Source of the DNA: Octopus bimaculoides
Lineage: Eukaryota
Assembly (NCBI RefSeq): GCF_001194135.2
Contig: NC_068985.1
Span: 126,359,002-126,392,298, forward strand
Length of the DNA stretch: 33,297 bases
Direction: 5' to 3'
In this document: in pieces, positions 23,404 to 33,297 of the stretch
Position numbering within the stretch: position 1 is the first letter of the stretch
How the letters are laid out: each line of letters begins with the position of its first letter
Notes under the pieces: model-generated
What the model was told of the DNA's origin: nothing
Databases searched by the model: none
Seen by the model: the letters and a program-made list of their open reading frames with translations, nothing else
Made by a program: the position numbers and the translations under genes

Positions 23404-23765
23404 ATAGGCGCAGATGCGGCTGTGTGGTAAGAAGCTTGCTTTTCATCCCCATGGTTTCAGTTTCACCTAGGGCAAGTGACTTCTGCTATAGCCTCGGGCC
23501 AACCAAAGCCTTGTAAATGGATTTGGTAGATGGAAGGTATAAAAAGTCTATCATGTGTGTGTGTGTGTGTGTCTTTTAGTTTGTGTTTGTCCTCCACAAC
23601 TGGTGTTGGTGTGTTTACGTTCCCGTAACTTAGCGGTTCGGCAAAATAGCCTGATAGAATAAGTATTAGACTTAGAAAAAAAGCAAGTCCTGGGGTCGAT
23701 TTTTACGACTAAAACCCTTCGAGGCGGTGCCCCAGTATGACCGCAGTAACAAATAAAAAGTAAAA
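23404..23765 (+). mobile_element. tRNA-derived SINE, family B (CORE-like)
   Basis: GGCTGTGTGGTAAGAAGCTTGC, GGGCAAGTGACTTCTGCTATAGCCTCGGGCC, internal (TG)n, CCTGGGGTCGAT and GGCGGTGCCCCAGTATGACCGCAG tail. Confidence 0.88.
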
Positions 23766-23984
23766 GATAGTATATCTAGGGTTACATTATCCAATATTAC
23801 GTTCTTTTTGTTTCTGGGAGGTTTGGGGTAGGGGAAGATGGTAGAGTATAATTTGAGGAAAGTGTTGCATTTATCTCTAGTTTCTCGAGTAGCACATAGA
23901 AGCTCTTTTGTTAGCGCCTGATTATGGTGTTAAGAAGAAATGTGATCAAGCAAAAGCGTTTCCATTTTAATTTTACTGTCATAC

Positions 23985-24170
23985 AGGCAAGGCGGAATGG
24001 CTTACAAGTTCGATACGCAATTAACTAGAGTTCGGTTCAGTTGCATATCATCTTGAACCAGTGTGTTAACAGCTTGGAAGCCTGTCAAATGGATTATATA
24101 AGTGTCCAGTCATGCTAATTCTGTCAGAGAATTACATTAATACTCAGCCATTTACAAGTCAGTTCAATGA
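23985..24170 (+). mobile_element. Decayed SINE
   Basis: tRNA-like head (GGCGGAATGGCTTA..GAGTTCGGTTCAG) and a body ending ACTCAGCCATTTAC. Confidence 0.5.
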
Positions 24171-24299
24171 GTAGGGAGTTATTCAAACAACTGAAACATT
24201 CATCGTAGAAACCGACGTAGATCCATTTACAGAAGTAGGTGAACAATTAAGAGGACACGTCCTTGTTTCAGTTGATATATGCGGTTATTACAAGATACC

Positions 24300-24500
24300 T
24301 TTGCTAACCTCCCCTTGATTAGAACCATCTCTAATCCAAGGGAGGTAAGTTTACCTCTTCCGGAAGTTGTTACGTCCCTTGACCACGCATGAGTTTCCAC
24401 GTAAGCGACTTACACCAGAAGTGGTCGTCGTTGGTTCGTTTTCGTTTGCCACTCACTTTGTCGTGTCGCCGGCCGCTCTTACAAACAACAACATATTTAC
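24300..24500. promoter_or_regulatory. CpG-rich promoter region upstream of GOLT1, possibly bidirectional
   Basis: Local CpG enrichment, repeat-free. Palindromic ETS-type CTTCCGGAAG(T) at 24357-24367, CCAGAAGTG at 24415-24423, several dyads. Confidence 0.55.
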
Positions 24501-24889
24501 ACACATACCAACACCTGCACGCGTGTAATCACAGCAGAAGAACCAGCATTTCACATCTGTGATGTTAAACATATTCTCTCCAGTTTGTAATCTGTTTATG
24601 TCATCTCGCTATTTAATTTTATTCCAGTGATTTTGTTATAAAGTGTGAATGGATGGAGCAGAAGACAAACGTCTGACATTTACCCTATGACTCTAATATC
24701 ACCACTGCCAACAACCACTTCATCAACAACAAACTACAAACAATAATAATTAATAATAATTAATATTTTCTATATAAAAAGAAAAAAAAATTGTCAATTG
24801 TCGCCATCTCCACCATAATCCCCATTATTTATGTGATATCAACAAAAAGAAGAAAACAAGACTTATCATAATTACATTTTTTTTGCGTA

Positions 24890-25004
24890 CTTTTGTTGTC
24901 ACATTACCGAACACTATCTTCGGGTTCGTTTGTGTCACCATTTATCCAAAAGAGAAAAGTGAACCATGTTAAGAAGTCTATCGAGCGACATTTAAAGTCT
25001 GATT
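24890..25004 (+). other. Putative non-coding 5'UTR exon of GOLT1 (start uncertain)
   Basis: Second CpG-rich patch ending at a GTAAGT donor (25005-25010). The next exon has its own acceptor at 25243, so an upstream exon is implied. Confidence 0.5.
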
Positions 25005-25270
25005 GTAAGTTCGAGAAAGAAAGCGAGGAAAAACACGCAAGGTGTAAGAAACCCCCAAATTTTCCCCTATTGAACCAACTTCCGCTTCAAATTAGTCATC
25101 TACAACACGACCCTTCATTTTGTTTGGTTTTTTTCGTCTCAGTACTGAAGTGTGTTTCTATGTGACACTATTAAATAAGACAATAAACTTTCATATTTAT
25201 AATAATACCCATTATATTATTATCATTATAACTTAATTAGCAGTGTCATTCTACACGTACTTGATTCAAG

Positions 25271-25295
25271 ATGATGGAAGTAACAGATTGTCAAA
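25271..25295 (+). CDS. GOLT1B: Vesicle transport protein GOT1 (Got1/Sft2 family), first coding exon MMEVTDCQ(K)
   Basis: 25 coding nt then GTAAGT, phase 1, joining in frame to 30729. Matches the GOT1 N-terminus (human MISLTDTQK). Acceptor TTAGCAG ends at 25243. Confidence 0.9.
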
Positions 25296-27000
25296 GTAAG
25301 TAAAACATCGCTCAATTGTCTTCTCTTTTTCGTGTCTTATTTATTGCTTTACCTTTACGTTGACTGGTCAACTGATTCCGAATGACATTCTACTTTTTTC
25401 TCACGGCCTGCTTAAAACAGCAGCTAAATCTCTCTCAAGAAAAAAAAAACAAGCAGACGAATGGATAACATAGCCCGGTACATTCTATACCCCATACATA
25501 CATACATACATACATACACATGCAAAAACAAACAAAAAGAATTATGAATGCTTTTGGTTATCGAGGTTGACTTGGGACGAAATGACACCCTATTCTTTCA
25601 TTTCACAAATAATTTTATAATTCCTTAACTGGATTTCATGATTTAATTTTCTGTCAATTAACTATCCACAAAGTTTGATTTGACTTTTTAAAAGCGAATA
25701 AAGAGATTAGTAATGTGAAAGGAATTGAAATTAGACACGTGAAATCAACACACCGAAAATTTTTTTTTTTTAACATCTTTTTATATATGTCAGTCATGTA
25801 ATGGCAGGTATGTTAACTATTATTGGTACCATACCCCAAATGTTTTGTGGGAGGTGTTTTGTCGTTGAATGGACTTTCAGAATTTAGATAAGAGAACATT
25901 GACACTGGTAGGATTTGAACGCAGGACATAGGGGGATGGAATTTACATCGACAGTACTAATAATTTTACAGAGTTGACATCAGCACTATGAAACACTTGT
26001 AAATATGTTTTGACATGTAAAACACACTTGTACATATAGAAGAACGGTTCTTGTAAGTGCAGGAGGATAGTTGACGATATTTGGAATGTTTTTAGTTGGA
26101 ACCACTGCCTCACGCCAAATGAACGAGGCTAGTAGAGGAAGGGTCGGAGTGTAAGGGAAATATGCTAACTTAGCTGTAATTACATTCTCGGTTAACAGTT
26201 TTTGTTAATTGACAACGACGTTAATTGTACTGAAAATTATGGTGGGCCGTTCAACTAAAAGGTTCTAACTGAACCTTCTCATATCATCCGATTACTTTTC
26301 TATTCTCTTTCTATCTCCACAACTCTGCACTTCTTGCCCAGTACACTCTCTGTTTTGTCCATCTTCTCTTCATATTTCTGTTTCATCCCCTCTCTCTATC
26401 TTCCACCTCTTCCCCTCTATTCGTCCCTTTCTCTCCCCTTACCCATACCCCTCCCTTTCTGTATGTGAGAGGAAGTCTTCTGTGTTTGACAACATCATCA
26501 CTTAACTGGATGGTTTTTGCTATATCATCAAAATTACACATACCATACTTACAAGCTAAAAATAGAGTCGTTTTGATTGCTTGACGCACTTGAAACAATA
26601 AATCTTTCTCATATCGCATTCAACTGCATGAAAAAAATGACACATTGGATAGTGTCATCTGGGTTACATTGTCTCTGAATGAGAGACAGGATGGGCATGG
26701 TTGAATTACCTTTTGTCCTGGAGATAAGTATCAACATTACACTAGCACAAACTGTTAGAGAAAGAGATGAACACTAATCCAGTTACAGCAACCCACATCA
26801 CACGTGTTATTAATAGATCCCTGCATATTTATACAAGTGCAAGCAAGACTCACTTCTAAATGTATATTTATGTAACTTTGACTGGCCATACTGGAGTACC
26901 ACCATGAAGGGTTTTAGACAAACAATTTGATACCTTAACTTTTCTTTTCTTTAAATCTAGTACTTATTCTATCAGTCTCAAAACGCACACACGCTTATAC

Positions 27001-27075
<75 letters not shown>

Positions 27076-27104
27076 CACACAGACACACACACACACACAC
27101 ACAC

Positions 27105-27495
27105 ACATGATGGTTGTGTGGTAAGAAGCTTGCTTCCCAACCACATGGTTCCAGGTTCAGTTCCACTGCATGGCATCTTGGACAAGTGTCTTCTACTTTA
27201 GCCTCAGGCCAACCAAAGCCTTGTGAGTGGATTTGGTAGATGGAAACTAAAAGAAGCCCATTGTATTTATATATATGTGTGTGTCTCTGTTTGTTGCCCC
27301 CCCCCCTCCATTGCTCGACAACTGATGTTGATGTGTTTACATCCCCAAAACTTAGCAGTTTGGCAAAAGAGACTGATAGAATAAGTACTAGGCTTACAAA
27401 GAATGAGTCCTGGGTTTGATTTGTTTGACTAAAGCTGGTGCTCCTGCATGGCCGCAGTCAAATGGCTGAAACAAGTAAAAGAATGAATGAATGAA
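27105..27495 (+). mobile_element. tRNA-derived SINE, family B, in GOLT1 intron
   Basis: Homologous to 23404-23765 along its length, with a (GAAT)n tail. Confidence 0.9.
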
Positions 27496-27954
27496 GGTAG
27501 GTAAAATTGTGTTAATGGAATAAGGGAAATAGGAGACAGACAGACAGACAAGGTGAAAGGTTATAACAGGTAACCAAGAATTAAAAAACTGGTGGACAAA
27601 ATGGAGACACGCATGAACAAAAAATTAACATAAGTTGTTCACAATGAATTGTATGGCGAAAATCATAAAAGAAGTAGCCTACTGGTTCAGGTGAGCCCTT
27701 TATCAAAGGAGAGGAAGAAATGAATAAGAAATGATACCTGTTCAGAGCATGTGTATGTCTATCAACTCTGTGTGTGTACATATGAAAGAGAATATCAATT
27801 CCTATATAGGTCATGAAGTGAAGATCAGTGTGTAAGAAACATAAATTTTCACCATAGAAACAAGCATGGATAATGCCTAGAGAGGAAAAGCTTCCCACAG
27901 GATTTTCAGACACTGTAAAAATCAACCCCTAGACTTCAACAACAGTTGTAATAC

Positions 27955-28140
27955 TGATTTCAAATTTTAGCACAAGGCCAGCAAGTTTGGGAGAGTAAGA
28001 TGGCCAATAACATCAACTCCAGTGTTCAACTGGTACTTATTTTATCGACCCCTCCCCCCAAAAGGATGGAAGGCAAAGTTGAACTCAGAATGTGGAAAAG
28101 GACAAAATGCTGCCAAGCATTCTGCCAGCTCACTGCCTGG
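27955..28140 (-). mobile_element. Decayed family A-like SINE (more decayed copies at about 28160-28330 and 28920-29110)
   Basis: CACAAGGCC..CAACTGGTACTTATTTTATCGACCC..GGCAAAGTTGAACTC..TTCTGCCAGCTCACTGCC is the reverse complement of family A. Confidence 0.75.
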
Positions 28141-28329
28141 ACAACAGTTGTAATTCTAATGATTTTAAATTTAGCACAGGGCTATAAATTGTGAGGAAAA
28201 GGGGCTGATGGATATAATTAACTGAGACATATTTTATCAAGTTCTACAAGATTTAAACTCCAGCTTGGAACATAAAGAGTTGTAGCAAAATTCTACAAAT
28301 CATTTTATTAATTGTTCCACTGATTCTGT

Positions 28330-28830
28330 CATTATGCATGCAATAATTATAGTTTAACTTATTCTCTCTTCTCCTTTGTGTTTATCATTTTATCTTACTT
28401 ACAGTATGCAGATATAGCATTCCTTTACTCATTGCCAGTCATCAAGCCTAGTGTGCACACTTATCCTGCACTTCTTATGTTAACTCTCTGTATCTCTCTT
28501 TTACTCTATATGATGTAAAGTGTGACTGGAGGAATCAGATGGAAGCCCCAGTAAGAAATGAATAAAAGAACACAAGGCATTTAACATGCCTGTCTTAATA
28601 AATAATATAAATATTGATTAGTTGATTCCCCTATTCACGCTTTACATCATATAGAGTAAAAGAGAGATACAGAGAGTTAACATAAGAGGTGAAGGATAAG
28701 TGCACATACAAGGCTTCATGGCAGGCAGTGAGTAAAAGAATGCTATATCTACACACTGTAAGAGAGAGAGAGAATCATAAACATAGTGGATAAGAGACAA
28801 TAAGTTAAATTATAATCAGTGTATGCATAC
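28330..28830. repeat. Long imperfect inverted repeat: arms about 190 bp, spacer 119 bp
   Basis: 28473-28520 is the exact reverse complement of 28640-28687 (48 bp). Homology continues outward, with many mismatches, to about 28330 and 28830. Confidence 0.92.
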
Positions 28831-29204
28831 CATATTTTTTGATATTACCCATGGTGGCAAAAGTATACTTCCAAAGTTACCCATCACATGACAGATAACA
28901 TTCTTGTAGTAATAATAATGATTTCATATATAGATACAAGGCCTCCAATTTGAAGGTGGATAGTTAATTGGTATTTCACTATATTTTATGAACCCTGGAA
29001 TGATGAAAGGCAAAGTTGGCCTTAGCAGGGTTTGAACTCAACTGTTAAAAAAAAAACTATATCAATTATTACAAATCATTTTATCCAATGCTCAAATGAT
29101 TCTGCCAAAAAATAATAATGGTGATTACATTTGATTAGGAACAAGGCCAGACTTTATAGGAGTGGAACGTGTATTTGTATGAAGAGTTCTTAATATCGAT
29201 TGCT

Positions 29205-29310
29205 TGGAGCCTGGTGTAGCCATCCAGTTGCACCAGTCCTCAGTCAAATCGTTCAACCCATGCTAGCATGGAAACCGGATGTTAAACGATGATGATGATG
29301 ATGATGATGA
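29205..29310 (+). mobile_element. 3' fragment of family C retroposon
   Basis: TGGAGCCTGGTG..CATGCTAGCATGGAAACCGGATGTTAAAC(GAT)n, 6 mismatches to the 33071-33172 copy. Confidence 0.85.
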
Positions 29311-29404
29311 ATCAGTTGGTTTGTCAAGAGTCCTTTCATTGCATTCTGTGACCTCATCATCTGTTTCAGGTTTGCCATATTTGGAACAAATGAAGGGGAC
29401 ATAA

Positions 29405-29632
29405 TTAACCCCTTTGATACCAAATTGCCTGAAACTGCCATTGGTTCCATGATACAAATTCCCAGTTTTAAAGAGCTCTAAATTAAAACCTTCCATCAGA
29501 ATTTCATGTTCATTTATGTTCCAAACACCTGCTTAATAATGACAGTTATTTTATTAAATCCTTAATTATTTTCAAAGTTAATTGAAACAAAGGCAGTATA
29601 TTACAACAAAAATATTGTAACAAAAGGGTTAA
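29405..29632. mobile_element. piggyBac-type MITE, family P1
   Basis: TTAA|CCCCTTTGATAC ... GTAACAAAAGGG|TTAA. Second copy at 31930-32145. Confidence 0.78.
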
Positions 29633-30227
29633 TGGGGATTGTGGAAAGCTTTGAAAGGACTCTGACAAGTTCTTTGTATGTCATTGATATTATTTTAAAT
29701 GAGAGGTAAAATCAATGCTGGCAGTTTGAACACAGGACAGTGAGGGTTAAAACCCAATATGAAGTGTATCTAATTCATCATTCTACTCTTTCAATCAAGA
29801 GTCAATGAAGGAACTTCTTCATAGTCATTTGACTTGCTAGAAATAGGAGCCAACCTCAATTCATACCTTACAATATTAATAATATTCAAAATTGTAAAGA
29901 GACATTGAATAAAATATTTTACATATTCTAAAAAACAGAGTGGTCATGCCAGGAATATTTACTAAACAGCAATGACCACACCTCTGTTCACCATTTCTAC
30001 ATCCTTGACTGTAGTAATTTGATAAAGATGGAAATGGTAGAACATTGATTTTTGAAGCAGGGGATGGAGTCATGCAAAATTTTTTTGTAAATGAGTAAAA
30101 CATAAGTCAACTGAATTAAACCTAATATAAGATACCAGAATGGACATTCAATCAAGCAAGGTCTCAAACAATCAAGGAAACAAACTGGACAAAAAAAAAA
30201 GTGGCATCTAATTTGTTTATCAATTAG

Positions 30228-30437
30228 TTAACCATTTAGCTTTCAGATTACTCTGTCAAATGTAATGCTTATTTATTCACATTGTTTTCAATTAGCAATG
30301 TATTATCTCATAGCTTTGAGATTTCAATGATGTGATTATTTATTTTTAGAATGATATTGTAGGGTAAGTGTGAGAGGCTGGGTTTGGCCAGTTTGAACAT
30401 AAACCGGATATAACCAGTTTAAATACTAATCGGTTAA
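30228..30437. mobile_element. piggyBac-type MITE, family P2
   Basis: TTAA|CCATTTAGC ... TAATCGG|TTAA, homologous over its length to 31548-31761. Confidence 0.78.
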
Positions 30438-30728
30438 AGGAGTCTGGAGAAATGATGGCAAGTGATGCTCCGTAATAGTTTTTTTAATGAAACCCAACAT
30501 TGTAACTATTGCATACATGCCTTTGCCAGATATCTATAATGGCATAAGTATGATAAAGTTGGATTTAATGCTAAATTATCATATCAAAATATTTCAGGAT
30601 ATAAAACCACCTTCAACTGATATATTAATATTCATGGTTTTAGGAGTCTTTTTCTATTTTTTTTTTCTTAAATTGAATTTGTTTTTATTTCTAATTCATT
30701 TCTTTTTCTATTTTTTTCCCCCCCCCAG

Positions 30729-30820
30729 AAATTGGTGTTGGTCTTGCTGGCTTTGGAATAACATTCCTCTTCTTAGGAGTTTTATTCTTTTTTGATAAAG
30801 GACTGCTAGCATTTGGAAAT
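30729..30820 (+). CDS. GOLT1B: Vesicle transport protein GOT1, second coding exon (K)[30 protein letters not shown]
   Basis: Long polypyrimidine tract and CAG acceptor, 92-nt exon, GTAAGT donor. The peptide matches the GOT1 motif IGxGLxGFGxxFLFxGxxxFFDKxLLAxGN. GOLT1A versus GOLT1B orthology is not resolvable here. Confidence 0.96.
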
Positions 30821-30934
30821 GTAAGTATAAGAACGAATGCAAAAGGAAGGAAATAGATATCTCTCAGTTTCAATGATGAGTATTTCAGGTATTCAGTCTG
30901 CTCAATTAGCTTCTAATTAAATAATAGTCTAAAT

Positions 30935-31176
30935 CAGTGATTCTCAACCAGGGTCCATATGGCCCCTGAGGGTACTGTTCAAATGTATGTACAATAAACT
31001 GGTTGTACTTCTACAATACACAAAATATTTAAATTTTTTTTAATACAGTTCTTAATAATATTTCATTATAAAAATATAATAATAGGATTTTTTAAACATT
31101 GAATGGTTATAAGGGTCCACTCTCATAAAGTATAAACCAAATGAATTCATAGGTTAAAAACAGTTGAGTTCCACTG
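30935..31176. mobile_element. hAT/Charlie-type MITE
   Basis: CAGTGATTCTCAACC ... AGTTGAGTTCCACTG ends. Flanks GTCTAAAT / GGCCAAAT match at 6 of 8 and fit the NTCTAGAN-type target. Confidence 0.75.
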
Positions 31177-31224
31177 GGCCAAATGGTTGAGTATTAAAAA
31201 AAATAAGATTAAGCTCCTTTCTGA

Positions 31225-31460
31225 GTCCTGTAGATTCATAGGGCCAGTTTCCCAGCGTCTGTGGTGGATATATATCGCCCCCTTCCCCTGCCTTCCCAGA
31301 TAGGGTGCCAGTCTGTCACAGAATTACTCATTTTTGCCAACTGAACAAACTGGAGCAACATGAAATGAAGTGTTTTGCTCAAGAACGCAACACGTCTGGT
31401 CCAAGAATCAACACCACAATCTTACGATCATGAGTAATATCTTAACCACTTAGCTTCCAC
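31225..31460 (-). mobile_element. Family D-type SINE
   Basis: Shares the ACTCATTTTTGCCA..TTGCTCAAGAAC core and the CCAGTCTGTC segment with 17305-17570. Confidence 0.8.
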
Positions 31461-31547
31461 AAACAATGAGTATCCCATAGTCACTTGTACTCTTAATGTA
31501 ATTCTCAATTAGAATTTGTGACAAAGTGTGTTGATGAGGCTGGCCCT

Positions 31548-31761
31548 TTAACCCTTTAGCATTCAGACTACCCTGTCATATGTCAATACTTATTTATTCA
31601 CATTGTTTTGAATTAATTGTACATTATTTCATAGCCTTAAAATTTCAATGATTTGACTATATTCTTAGAATGAGATTTTAGGGTAGGAGTGAGAGGCTGG
31701 ATCCAGCCAGTTTGAATATAAGACATGTAGAATATGACCAGTTTGAATGTTAATGGATTAA
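31548..31761. mobile_element. piggyBac-type MITE, family P2
   Basis: TTAA|CCCTTTAGCATTC ... GAATGTTAATGGA|TTAA. Confidence 0.8.
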
Positions 31762-31859
31762 AATCCCAATAAATTCCCGTCAGCAATCTTCCATATAGTT
31801 TCTGTTCACCAAATTTCACTTTCAAGGCTCTGGTTGCTCAGAGACTGTGGTAAAAAAAA

Positions 31860-32145
31860 ATAAAACACTTGCACAAGATGCCATGCAGTGGAATTAATCC
31901 TGGGGCCTCATGGTTACAAAGAGAACTTCTTGACCATTTTGATAACAACCTGCCCAAGACCACCCCTGGATCTAGAATGCAAACTTTATGCTTTAAAGTG
32001 ATATCAAAATACTATGTTGATTTAAGTTTGAGATACCATCTTAATAATGACAAAGTTATTTTACAAACTTCTTTACTAATTTCAAAATTAATTTTAAAAA
32101 AAGCAGTGTACTTTGACAGAAATATGGTTAAAGAAAAGGGTTTAA
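31860..32145. mobile_element. Family P1 MITE (31930-32145) abutting or nested in a minus-strand family B SINE head (31860-31930)
   Basis: CAAGATGCCATGCAGTGGAATT is the reverse complement of the SINE B head. The MITE body matches 29405-29632. Confidence 0.68.
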
Positions 32146-33070
32146 CACTCAACCACACACACACACATACACACAAAGCATCATGGGCTAGTACTTCTCT
32201 CAAACCTTGTGTTATTTCATCTATAAGGTGCAATATTCTGGGGGCTGGTCTATCCAACACTTTCTATGTCTTCATTTATTCTTCTGTTCATCTTTTCTGA
32301 GTCCTAAACCACAAAAATACTTCAGCTGTTAAAGCTTGCCCCAAAATTTCAAGGGAATTTCTGTGGAGATGAACTGACACTTGAGCTCCTAGAAATAGCA
32401 GCCAAATCATACTCAACTGTCTCATAAAAAGAGACACCTTGAATAAAGTATTCCTAAATTCTAATAATAAAAAAAAAAGGACAAATAGTCTTAGCTGGAA
32501 GGCTTTTAATTATATCTGTTCAAGAGAGCCTCTATGTGGATTTTCAACCTGCTAGAAATAGAAATAGATGCAAAATTTTCTTAACTCACACCCTACTGTT
32601 TTACAAAATGAAGTATGCTATGATTTTGCTTTAAACATCCATTGGAAGAATCCATTTACATACAGTGTCATGATTATTGTATGAGTTTCTGCTGTTCAGA
32701 CACATTTAAAATGATTGTTATGCTAAAGGTTGTTTGTTTTGACTACGTACGTTGTACAATGATATCACGTAGTTACGAAGCTCATTCCTTCATTTGTATT
32801 ATTGTATTATGCCTTTCTAAGACAGCAGGCTGGATAGAAGATTGGAAAAAATGCCATGTTCTCTGCTGATGAGAATTAAGGTGTTCTACACCAAAATTCG
32901 AAATTGCAATATGGCTATGTGCGCTAGGGATTTACCTCCCTTTGTCAGTCATTAATCTAGCGCTTCAGTAGTTTTAGAGTTAATTCAACTCTTGTTTTTA
33001 GCATAAGCAGTGCTGGCCAGCATCTCTCATCACTTTTGTGACACACACACACACACACACACACATATAT

Positions 33071-33297
33071 CATCATCATCATCATCATCGTTTAACGTCC
33101 GCTTTCCATGCTAGCATGGGTTGGACGATTTGACTGAGGACTGGTGAAACCGGATGGCAACACCAGGCTCCAGTCTGATTTGGCAGAGTTTCTACAGCTG
33201 GATGCCCTTCCTAACACCAACCACTCAGAGAGTGTAGTGGGTGCTTTTACGTGTCACCCGCACGAAAACGGCCACGCTCGAAATGGTGTCTTTTATG
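33071..33297 (-). mobile_element. Family C (GAT)n-tailed retroposon, runs off the window
   Basis: Nearly identical to 21550-21699 and continues further 5'. Confidence 0.88.

Noticed and set aside
24893-25165. 90-aa ORF near the promoter
   Set aside because: It crosses a likely donor site and has no recognisable family; probably UTR and intron.
26383-26619. Ankyrin-like KTTLFLACKYG in a minus-strand ORF
   Set aside because: The rest of an ankyrin repeat is absent, a donor-like site cuts the motif, and the ORF ends in low-complexity purines.
30487-30795. 102-aa hydrophobic ORF
   Set aside because: It reads the polypyrimidine tract and overlaps the real GOLT1 exon in another frame.
32640-32880. 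Possible intronic C/D snoRNA
   Set aside because: No properly spaced C and D boxes with a terminal stem.
1-33297. CRISPR arrays, rRNA, operons or prokaryotic defence systems
   Set aside because: No repeat-spacer arrays or prokaryotic gene organisation; the window is eukaryotic and intron-containing.

Overview
AT-rich, microsatellite-laden eukaryotic scaffold with five N gaps. The SINE/MITE families look like octopus (inferred from remembered repeat families, not checked). The only host gene I can support is the 5' part of a plus-strand GOT1/GOLT1 vesicle-transport gene: coding exons 25271-25295 and 30729-30820 give [39 protein letters not shown], and later exons lie beyond the window. A CpG-rich promoter region sits at about 24.3-25.0 kb. 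Positions 1-24 kb are mostly decayed transposons: Tc1/mariner (DD37D, DD36E with intact TIRs, a TRT-like piece, mariner derivatives), Penelope-like pieces with degenerate hammerhead cores, CR1-like, R4/Dong and RTE LINEs, a Gypsy gag piece, and many SINEs. Most listed ORFs are microsatellite or gap artefacts. I found no clearly new biological system. The best leads are a candidate 14-nt GOLT1 micro-exon with an overlapping stop/start, a long intronic inverted repeat, a DD36E transposon in an apparent cephalopod, and a 5'-inverted RTE insertion.
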